DNA of 64,000 nt from a virus (lineage: Duplodnaviria > Caudoviricetes). How positions within the stretch are numbered: position 1 is the first letter of the stretch; each line of letters opens with the position of its first letter. A program made the translations under genes and the position numbers. The notes under the pieces are model-generated. The model was given only the letters and a program-made list of their open reading frames with translations, had not been told where the DNA came from and made no database searches. Where the stretch lies: positions 2,885 through 66,884 of the IMG/VR virus record IMGVR_UViG_2847680403_000002; one strand, given 5' to 3'. Positions 8,160-15,646 of the stretch are shown here, piece after piece.

Positions 8160-9429
8160 CGGGTCCTCCAGGATTTGCCTTGCGACTATGCTCATAAAAA
8201 TACCCATTCACAAAGCGGAGATTTCGATCAGGATTGAAATAGTGCTTGCGTTTGATCCACACAAAACCATCTCCCTTAGAAATCACGGCCACGTCGATCG
8301 CGCCGCCTACCGTTTCCAACTCGCGGGAGACGCGACGTTGTAAAGAGGTCAAACTCACTAGAGATTCCGCTAGGTTAGCGAGTTCGTCTTTTGGCAGGCT
8401 CATTGCCATCTCAATAATAGGTGACGCGAAGTACTCGCGGCGATGTCGTTCGTGGCCTTCCCAGAACGCATGGACGGCAGCTTGAGTTGCATTTTCGATG
8501 GCTGGAGCAACTTTGGCCAGATCCTCGTCCGAATGACCAAGTAACTTCGCGGCGTTAACTACGCTGTTGAGAATCAGTTCGCCAACGCTCTCATGGATTA
8601 GCATCGAGTAAGCTGGATCTATGCCTTGCATGAAGCGTTCAACCATGTCGGTTTGAGCGAACGGAAGAATTACCCCGCTGTCCCGACGTGTCATATCGTG
8701 CTTATGCGTTTCCGCAATTTTCAAGCGGCCGCCAAGAATGCCGTCGACGTCGAATGAAATGAGCGACGGGAGCAGATCTCGTTCCCCGAAACCGGCAATA
8801 ACCAGGCCGGTCGCCGCTGGGGATGCCAGCATTCTTCGGATTGATGTCTCGCATAATTTTCGAGCTAGTGCTTGGTGGCCCAGTGCATGTCGCATCATCC
8901 CATTCGAACATGCCGAGTCTAGAGTGCCGGAAATGCGAGCGCTGATTGGTCCCCATTCCGCTTCAGTCAGAAACTCGGGCGCCGCCTCAAGTTCCGCTAT
9001 GTACGCTAGGGCGAATTGCTCAAACTGCTTCGCGAACTCTTCTTGGTTCCTTGTCCCTTGGAACGCCTCTTGGGACACATTGATCAACGACGACTGAGCT
9101 ATGGCTACAGCTACAGCATCCTCGTCGGATTGACCAAAGGGGAAGAATTCCTTCAGGAATTTTGTGAAGTTGTCGGCCCAATCGAACACAGTTGGGAAAG
9201 AGACGTTTGGCGTCTTTCGTCTATATTCCTTGACGATCGTCTCCCAGGGAAAGCCGATAAATTCAGCGTTCCCATAAATCATCGCACCGACAGGCTCGGT
9301 TTTGGAAAGAGAGAACAGTTTATCGACAGTGTCGTAGGTTTTCTGCCTGCCGCTTTGCGTCAATGTAACTTTGCTGTCAGTAGCCAGCGCTACCGCGCTT
9401 TTGTTAAGGATAGCGATTTCGGCTGTCAT
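8143..9429 (-). CDS. Proteasome beta/HslV-like Ntn-hydrolase with a large helical insertion
   Basis: After Met removal: T1...ATD17S...DK36LF...YGNAEF, and C-terminal TVGGAIDVAVIS, matching the proteasome-beta pattern; RBS before ATG 9429. Confidence 0.7.
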   Translation of the reverse strand: MTAEIAILNKSAVALATDSKVTLTQSGRQKTYDTVDKLFSLSKTEPVGAMIYGNAEFIGFPWETIVKEYRRKTPNVSFPTVFDWADNFTKFLKEFFPFGQSDEDAVAVAIAQSSLINVSQEAFQGTRNQEEFAKQFEQFALAYIAELEAAPEFLTEAEWGPISARISGTLDSACSNGMMRHALGHQALARKLCETSIRRMLASPAATGLVIAGFGERDLLPSLISFDVDGILGGRLKIAETHKHDMTRRDSGVILPFAQTDMVERFMQGIDPAYSMLIHESVGELILNSVVNAAKLLGHSDEDLAKVAPAIENATQAAVHAFWEGHERHRREYFASPIIEMAMSLPKDELANLAESLVSLTSLQRRVSRELETVGGAIDVAVISKGDGFVWIKRKHYFNPDRNLRFVNGYFYEHSRKANPGGPDVNNA

Positions 9430-9718
9430 ACTCCCCCAAGCCCCTAATTCCCCTTGGAATGGGGTAAGCAATACTTGCTGAGTCGTCTAGTGCTGGTAGC
9501 CCAATGCACGGTTTTGGAGATAATTGACGTGCGTTCTTCGCATGTAACTTGCGGAGGAGAGATGTCGCGGGCGATTTGGAGTGGTGTTAACAACCAGCTA
9601 CTTCCTGAAGGTACTTGTCAGGAGCCTCAGCGGGCGGACACCGGCACCCCTCGTTGACTCCCTGCGGCTAGGACGCGTTTCCTATCGGCCATCAACAACG
9701 ATGCCGTGGGAGGCAACA

Positions 9719-9967
9719 ATGAGTGCAATGTTCGTAGTCCAGTCATTCTCCACCGGGAAGCGCGGCCAGCTCCAGGCCGACAGCCCGATCCAGGCTCAAA
9801 ATACCAGCCACGCTCGATCAATGGCTCAGCGCCTCGCGGTCAGGAAAGCGCTTGTCGTGGCCTTCATGCGTGAGGGTGATCCGAAAACTGGTGAATGGGA
9901 CGATGCCAAGCTGATCGATGCGTTCGGCGAGATTCCCGACGAAGTACGTGAAATGGATCGGGTCTAG
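9719..9967 (+). CDS. Hypothetical protein
   Basis: GGAGG RBS; MSAMFVVQSF...REGDPKTGEWDD...FGEIP. Confidence 0.7.
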   Translation: MSAMFVVQSFSTGKRGQLQADSPIQAQNTSHARSMAQRLAVRKALVVAFMREGDPKTGEWDDAKLIDAFGEIPDEVREMDRV

Positions 9968-9984
9968 GCAGGTGAGGGCGGGGA

Positions 9985-10206
9985 ATGGCCATAAAGGTCA
10001 AGCGGCGCCGGAGTGCGCGAGACGCGACGATTGATCAGCTACGTTCGATCGCTGAAAGCGAAGCCGCGGCAAACATTGTCATGGCAAAAGTGCAGCAGGA
10101 GGCAGAACTGATCGCCCAGCGGATGGAGAAGATCCACGGAGGAGTTTGGAGTGTGGCGATCAATCATCGCTCTTGTTTCGTCCTGATCGCCCGGGACGGC
10201 GATTGA
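9985..10206 (+). CDS. Small IHGG-W family protein (paralog of 50882..51130)
   Basis: MEKIHGGVWSVAINHRSCFVLI. Confidence 0.65.
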   Translation: MAIKVKRRRSARDATIDQLRSIAESEAAANIVMAKVQQEAELIAQRMEKIHGGVWSVAINHRSCFVLIARDGD

Positions 10207-10600
10207 TCGCCTCCACCCTTTCGGTGATCAAGTCGACTACCTGATCAATGTGTTCGGCCTTCAGCTTCAAAACTTGGCCGAGAACCGCCCAAAGTTTTAA
10301 GACGACCTCGCTGACGGGCCTCTGCAATGGCTGGCGCATTTCAGGGGCCTGGGGATCGTCGAGATAGACCAACTCGCCTTGGCTTAGGGCCCTGGCATCG
10401 ACGTTCAAAAAGTCTGCGACAGCGAAGAAGTTGTTCGCAGAGATCGAATTCTGGCCGCTTTCCCAATTGCCGACCGCGCCGACCGTTGTCCCGATCGCTT
10501 CGGCAATCTCACGCGATGACCCAATTTTGCGGTGCTCACGGGCCGCTTTGATCGCGGCACCGATCTTCACATTCAGAGGATCGCGCTCTTTGGTAGCCAT
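10160..10600 (-). CDS. CI-like XRE-family repressor without a recognisable S24 peptidase domain
   Basis: IGAAIKAAREH...SREIAEAIGTTVGAVGNWESGQN HTH; divergent from cro across three operators. Confidence 0.82.
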   Translation of the reverse strand: MATKERDPLNVKIGAAIKAAREHRKIGSSREIAEAIGTTVGAVGNWESGQNSISANNFFAVADFLNVDARALSQGELVYLDDPQAPEMRQPLQRPVSEVVLKLWAVLGQVLKLKAEHIDQVVDLITERVEAINRRPGRSGRNKSDD

Positions 10601-10614
10601 GAAACGCTTTTCGC

Positions 10615-10672
10615 AAGCGCTGCTTACATTTTCCATTTAAGTATTGCTTGCAATCTGATTAAAGCTGTGCTT
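10615..10672. promoter_or_regulatory. OR-like operator triplet
   Basis: AAGCGCTGCTT 10615-25, AAGTATTGCTT 10639-49, AAGCTGTGCTT 10662-72; 23-24 bp spacing. Confidence 0.82.
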
Positions 10673-10684
10673 ATAAACTCGGGC

Positions 10685-10903
10685 ATGAGCACGATCGATG
10701 TTCCCACTCCCCTTGATGAAGCAGTCGCAGCGGTTGGCGGTGCCAGTGCCCTTTCCAGGCATTTGCAGATCACGCCGCAGGCTGTTGTGCAGTGGAAGAA
10801 GTGCCCGGCAGATCGGGTGCTCGAAGTCGAGCGGCTGAGCGGGATTTCCCGCCATGCTCTCCGCCCCGACATCTTCGGTCCGGCACCGGAGCAGGCCGCA
10901 TGA
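10685..10903 (+). CDS. Cro-like / YdaS-family regulator
   Basis: AVGGASALSRHLQITPQAVVQWKKCPADRVLEVERLSGISRHALRPDIF. Confidence 0.88.
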   Translation: MSTIDVPTPLDEAVAAVGGASALSRHLQITPQAVVQWKKCPADRVLEVERLSGISRHALRPDIFGPAPEQAA

Positions 10904-10922
10904 GTGAGATCATCTTTCTCAT

Positions 10923-11489
10923 TCAAGCCGTGGCTTTGGCGGGATGCGCGATCAGCGTTCTGCTGATGTCGATTGTCTTGCGGCGCTGTTTCGCTTCCGT
11001 CGAGCATATTCGGAACCGCAGTTTCACCTGCATTGACGAAGACGGCGGCATGAACAGGAAGAGGGTCTCGGAATGACGGTCCGAGCTTCCCAGCCAGAGC
11101 TGATTGCCCTTCGTGCCGGCAGGAGCCACGGTGAGATATGTGGCAGCGTCGCTGGTCAGCTTTGCCGTCTCGGTCAAATCCAGCCGGACGATATCGTTTC
11201 CGGCACCGTCGTTCACCCTTGTAGCATCGAAGAAATTCACCAGTTTCGCTCCGCTCGGAGCCAACAGGGAAGCCTTGTCTGCTTTCCAGTGAACCGTCGA
11301 TTGGTTGAGAACCTTTATCTCGACCAGGTACCAGTTCGGCGTGTCTTCGGGGGTGATTTCGACCGAGATGGCCGGATAGTCTGCGTATTTTTGCTGGCGA
11401 TAGACAAGCCAAGCAATGACACCAGCCCCGAGGGCGCCCACTGCGCCTATCACGCTCGCCCCAAGCGTTCCAACCGCAATCCAGTCCAT
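10923..11489 (-). CDS. Antisense moron: N-terminally membrane-anchored protein
   Basis: GGAGG RBS, MDWIAVGTLGASVIGAVGALGAGVIAWLVY TM segment, beta-rich C-terminus. Confidence 0.7.
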   Translation of the reverse strand: MDWIAVGTLGASVIGAVGALGAGVIAWLVYRQQKYADYPAISVEITPEDTPNWYLVEIKVLNQSTVHWKADKASLLAPSGAKLVNFFDATRVNDGAGNDIVRLDLTETAKLTSDAATYLTVAPAGTKGNQLWLGSSDRHSETLFLFMPPSSSMQVKLRFRICSTEAKQRRKTIDISRTLIAHPAKATA

Positions 11490-11554
11490 CGAATCCTCCC
11501 GGCCCTCGCATATCAAACCACGGCATCGGTGCGCCTCCAAGATCGAGGTGTCGC

Positions 11555-12844
11555 ATGATCACCTACCAGGACATCAAGTCCGGTGCGGCTTCGTTCACCA
11601 GCGCCGATCAGTTCAAGGGCCGGCATTCGGAAGACGTGAAGGACTGGGACCTCGAACCCACCGATATCAAGCTCGACCAGTCGGCACAGCCACGCGAGAG
11701 CCTGAACAACGACCGTATCGCCGAATATGCGGAAGCCATGAAGGCAGGGGACCAGTTTCCGCCGCTGACTGTATTCCACGATGGATCGACCTACTGGCTC
11801 GCCGACGGCTTCCATCGCCACTACGCCGCGCAGCATGCCGGACGGAAACACATTCGCTGCTATGTCCGCCAGGGCGGCTTGCGTGACGCGATCCTCTACA
11901 GCGTCGGCGCGAACGCGAAGCATGGGCTGGCGCGGTCGGATGAGGACAAGAAGCGCGCTGTGATGCGGCTGCTGGACGATCCCGAGTGGTCGCTGTGGTC
12001 GGACCGTGAAATCGCCCGCCGCTGCCACGTCAGTGACAAGACGGTCGCCAAATACCGTCCTGCCGTATCTGCGGATGATCCGCAGATAGAGCGCAAGGTG
12101 CAGCGCGGCGGCACAGTCTACACCCAGAAGGTGCTCAATAAGCGCGCCACCGCCGCGCCAGCGTACCAAGAGGGTGGTGGCGAAAAGCAGGAAATCACCT
12201 CGCAAACCGTTGTCCAGAAAGGGGACGAGGGTGGTGCGCTGCCGGAAACACCGGTCGAGGAAATCACCCCGCGCAACATCCGTGATGAACTCGTCGCCTT
12301 GTGGAGCGAAGCTAGCGCCGAAGACCGGAGCGGCTTCATCGCTCACCTGCGCGTCCTCGGCTATCGGATCGAAGTCAACGCAGGAGGCGGCGATGTAGAC
12401 CGCAGCGCGATGCGCGCCAGCAGCGCCGTGGAAGTCGGCGCAACCAATTCGCCCGATGGGGCAGACGAGACAGGCCGGTTCGAATCCGGCTCGCTGACCG
12501 AGATCTTGGTGAAACCGCAGGTTCGAGTCCTGCCCGGCACGCCTATTCAGGGTGCTAAGGGAGGCCCCACCGGTATGGGGTGGTCTGACGGCGTGGAAAG
12601 ACACGCACCCAATTCCAATCCGCAACCGAACACCCCCTCGGAAGCGGAGAAGGCCGAGGCGGAAACCCCTCCAACCGTCTCGGCCGCCCCTTTCAACAAC
12701 CCACGCTGTCAAAATCCAGAGACCTGTCATCTCGCCCATACTCGAAACGAGTGTTTCGACTGCAATTTGGCTTGGTCTAAGCGACCGAAGGACGAGCAGG
12801 TCAGGCTCTGGGCTGAGGCGGTACAAGCGGCGAGGGCAGCATGA
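11555..12844 (+). CDS. ParB/Srx N-terminal domain protein with HTH and C-terminal Cys cluster
   Basis: FPPLTVF...LADGFHRHYA...NAKHGL...WSDREIARRCHVS. Confidence 0.8.
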   Translation: MITYQDIKSGAASFTSADQFKGRHSEDVKDWDLEPTDIKLDQSAQPRESLNNDRIAEYAEAMKAGDQFPPLTVFHDGSTYWLADGFHRHYAAQHAGRKHIRCYVRQGGLRDAILYSVGANAKHGLARSDEDKKRAVMRLLDDPEWSLWSDREIARRCHVSDKTVAKYRPAVSADDPQIERKVQRGGTVYTQKVLNKRATAAPAYQEGGGEKQEITSQTVVQKGDEGGALPETPVEEITPRNIRDELVALWSEASAEDRSGFIAHLRVLGYRIEVNAGGGDVDRSAMRASSAVEVGATNSPDGADETGRFESGSLTEILVKPQVRVLPGTPIQGAKGGPTGMGWSDGVERHAPNSNPQPNTPSEAEKAEAETPPTVSAAPFNNPRCQNPETCHLAHTRNECFDCNLAWSKRPKDEQVRLWAEAVQAARAA

Positions 12845-13308
12845 TCAAGCGGTTGTCTAGCGAGGAAAAAGCGGAAATCGCCCGCCGATATCAGGCGGGT
12901 GAGACGAGCTTGGCTCTCGGAAGCGAGTACGGCATCCATCATGCCTTCGTGCGGACGATCTTCCAGCGTTCCGGTATGGGCAGAGATCGTGCAGAACGGT
13001 GCAGCAAACGAGCGGCCATCATCGCCGCTCTTGAAGCCGACAAAACCAAGACAGACAGCCGCGTCGCGATAGAGGTCGGATGTAGCCGCCCATACGTCTA
13101 TCTGGTGCGGCAAAGCATCGGCATTTTTCGCAATCGAACCAGTAAGCATCTCTTGATCGAACTCTCCGATTGCAACGCGTTGCTGTTCCAGGAAGCGGCG
13201 CGCCGGCGCGGAATGGCTGTCACGCGACTTGCCGCCAAGATTCTCGACACAGTGGCGACAGAAGGCATGTTCGATGCCGTTCTCGATGACGTCGAGGCCG
13301 CGGCATGA
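12841..13308 (+). CDS. HTH-containing phage protein
   Basis: LSSEEKAEIARRYQAGETSLALGSEYGI; coupled. Confidence 0.65.
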   Translation: MIKRLSSEEKAEIARRYQAGETSLALGSEYGIHHAFVRTIFQRSGMGRDRAERCSKRAAIIAALEADKTKTDSRVAIEVGCSRPYVYLVRQSIGIFRNRTSKHLLIELSDCNALLFQEAARRRGMAVTRLAAKILDTVATEGMFDAVLDDVEAAA

Positions 13309-13610
13309 CCTCCCTATCCGAAACTGCAGCCGAACTGATCCGCACCGATCCTGCATTGGCGAATGAGGTTGCGAGGCAACTGGCGCCGTCGGTGGGCGGC
13401 CTGACTGAGCGCCAAGCTGAAGCATTGGCCTTCATCCGCTCATATTCGGCAGAGCGCGGTGTCACGCCGACATTCTCGGAAATCATGAACGAGCTCGGGC
13501 TGCATTCAAAAGCCGGAGTGCATCGGATCCTGACCGCTCTTGAGGAGCGCGGGTTCATCGAGCGCATGCCCAAACGGGCACGGGCTATCTCATTGAAGGC
13601 GGCAGCATGA
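13305..13610 (+). CDS. LexA DNA-binding-domain-like protein
   Basis: LTERQAEALAFIRSY...PTFSEI...LGLHSKAGVHRILTALEERGFIERMPKRARAI. Confidence 0.82.
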   Translation: MTSLSETAAELIRTDPALANEVARQLAPSVGGLTERQAEALAFIRSYSAERGVTPTFSEIMNELGLHSKAGVHRILTALEERGFIERMPKRARAISLKAAA

Positions 13611-14074
13611 CGACCTTGGTCATCACCCATCTATTGGCCGTAGCAATCGGCGCTGTCGGGGCCGGGGCCTATGCGCGCCGCCAGATCGTGAAGATCAAGC
13701 GAGACGACCTTTCGTTTCGCGTGGCGCCGGTTGTTCTGCATTCCGTTGAAGACGCTGCGCGTCGGGTAGGGGCCTGATGCGAACGGGTCATCATCATTGT
13801 GGGCCTGAGGCCTTCTCCCCATGGGGGAAGCAAATGCTTCTGCCCCGTATCGTCCAACCTCTTTCCGTATCCCTTGCCGGGGCCACGGAAATTCCAACTG
13901 CGCCGGCTTCCGACCTTCCAACTTCTGAAACTGGCGCATCGTTTACGACCTTCATTCCTGCCTTCGACTTCCAGCCTCGGCGCCTTGGCGTGCGTGCTGG
14001 CTACGTCACCAACGTAGCCAAGGAAGGAACCCAGGATCATGGGGAATCGAACCCACAAACGCGGGGAACAGCAA

Positions 14075-14485
14075 ATGTCTAGTGTCGCTGATGTCGAACG
14101 CGCCCGGGACTACGTCCGGCGCATCGGCGGACCGGGGAAGGGCGTCGCGATCATCGACGCCGCCTACCGCCTGCTCGAGGACCTGTTTCCCCATGAGAGA
14201 AGCCCAAAGGATCAATGGACGCTGCGGCGGGTCCGATCCTTTTGGGAGCGTGACGCAGCTCACGTCAAATTCCGGGAAATGCTCGAACTGCATCACGCGG
14301 CGGCGCACGTGGTGGAAGAGAAAATTCGGCTCCAACACGCGAGGAAAGAACATGCCGCATTCATCAAGGAAACCACCTCTGTTCGTTCGCTCATTGAGTT
14401 TGAAGACGAGGCTTTCCTTAGCGATGCGCTTGCGGACCGTCGCGGCCTCGCTGGCCGAATGGATCGCCCCGGAATTGAGGGCTGA
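14075..14485 (+). CDS. Hypothetical phage protein (possibly CII-like)
   Basis: WTLRRVRSFWERDA motif; position downstream of cro. Confidence 0.6.
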   Translation: MSSVADVERARDYVRRIGGPGKGVAIIDAAYRLLEDLFPHERSPKDQWTLRRVRSFWERDAAHVKFREMLELHHAAAHVVEEKIRLQHARKEHAAFIKETTSVRSLIEFEDEAFLSDALADRRGLAGRMDRPGIEG

Positions 14486-14490
14486 TCCCG

Positions 14491-14724
14491 ATGAATGATC
14501 AAGCCAAGTTCTGGATGGTCTACGGCATCGGGCAGCAGCAGCCGACCGTCCGCCACAAGACATTCGTATCTGCACGGACGGAAGCTACGCGTCTGGCTCG
14601 CTTCAATCCCGGCATCGACTTCTTCGTTCTCGAAACTGTCGGCTCCGCCCGGAAAGTCGATGTCGATTTCACCGACATGCGCCGCGCCGACGAGCGCTGC
14701 ATGGATGACGAAATCCCATTCTGA
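14491..14724 (+). CDS. Hypothetical phage protein
   Basis: 77 aa ending DDEIPF. Confidence 0.7.
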   Translation: MNDQAKFWMVYGIGQQQPTVRHKTFVSARTEATRLARFNPGIDFFVLETVGSARKVDVDFTDMRRADERCMDDEIPF

Positions 14725-14735
14725 GGAGAACACGC

Positions 14736-15290
14736 ATGGCAAAGAAACCAGCAAAGGCCGACCTTGGCCACAACAGCGAGCGCGAGCAGTGGGAGGAGCA
14801 GCAGTTCCTCAATGGCTTCCGCCAGATCAAAGAACACGAAGCCGACATGGCCGGCACGAAGGGCGAGATGGCCGGCGTCTACAAGCGGCTGGAAAAGCTC
14901 GGCTTCACCAAGGCTGATTTCAAATGGGCGAAGGAACTCGAAGACGAGGACGCGCCCAAGATCATCGAGACCATGCGGCGTCGGCTGCGCATTGCGCGAT
15001 TCTTCGGCCATGGCGTCTCGCGTCAGATCGAACTGTTTGAGAGCGATCGGACGCCTGCAGATGAACGCGCCTATGGCGAAGGTCTCGCCGCCGGCAAACT
15101 GCGCAAGGACAACGCCAATCCCTATGGCGCCGACAGCAAGCAGGGGCAGGCCTGGCAGCGCGGTTTCAACGAGGGAACGGAGTTCATCAACAAGGAACTC
15201 GCCGGCAAATTCGATGAGGACGGCGGTTCGGAACTGATCTCGGGCGCAGATCCGTTCGAGCCCGAGCCTGTCACGGAAGCTGCGGAGTAA
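14736..15290 (+). CDS. Phage protein: GapR/UPF0335-like N-terminus plus Rmf-like C-terminal motif
   Basis: GHNS...VYKRLEKLGF; AYGEGLAAG...NPY...AWQRGFNEG. Confidence 0.5.
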   Translation: MAKKPAKADLGHNSEREQWEEQQFLNGFRQIKEHEADMAGTKGEMAGVYKRLEKLGFTKADFKWAKELEDEDAPKIIETMRRRLRIARFFGHGVSRQIELFESDRTPADERAYGEGLAAGKLRKDNANPYGADSKQGQAWQRGFNEGTEFINKELAGKFDEDGGSELISGADPFEPEPVTEAAE

Positions 15291-15295
15291 CCCCC

Positions 15296-15643
15296 ATGGG
15301 CCTCATCCTCGACTTCTTTACCCGCAACTTCCCCGATGATGACATCGACGCTGGCTTTGAAGCCGAGGTCGAGAAGCATCTGACTGCGTTCCATCCGAAG
15401 TGCGAGCCGACCATGCTCGACAAGGCAGCAACCATCGTCACCGACACGCTGGAACATGCCCATACGCTGAAGGTGCGGCTGGAGCGCGAGATTGCCGAAA
15501 AGCAGGAGCTTCTGCGCCAGGCCAACGTCGTGATCGAGGTTTTCGGCCCGAACCTGATCAAGCTGGAGGAGCGGGTCGATCCGCCTGTCGCAATCGCATC
15601 GCGTGCCAAGCGCGGCAAGCCACAACTCGCAGCGGCGGAGTAG
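15296..15643 (+). CDS. Hypothetical coiled-coil protein
   Basis: 115 aa in operon. Confidence 0.6.
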   Translation: MGLILDFFTRNFPDDDIDAGFEAEVEKHLTAFHPKCEPTMLDKAATIVTDTLEHAHTLKVRLEREIAEKQELLRQANVVIEVFGPNLIKLEERVDPPVAIASRAKRGKPQLAAAE

Positions 15644-15646
15644 GGC

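Noticed and set aside
12474-12545. Complete tRNA gene inside the ParB-like CDS
   Set aside because: Only T-arm-like stems; no D arm, anticodon arm or matching acceptor stem
11513-12826. 437-aa minus-strand ORF
   Set aside because: Antisense shadow of the ParB-like gene with no recognisable motifs
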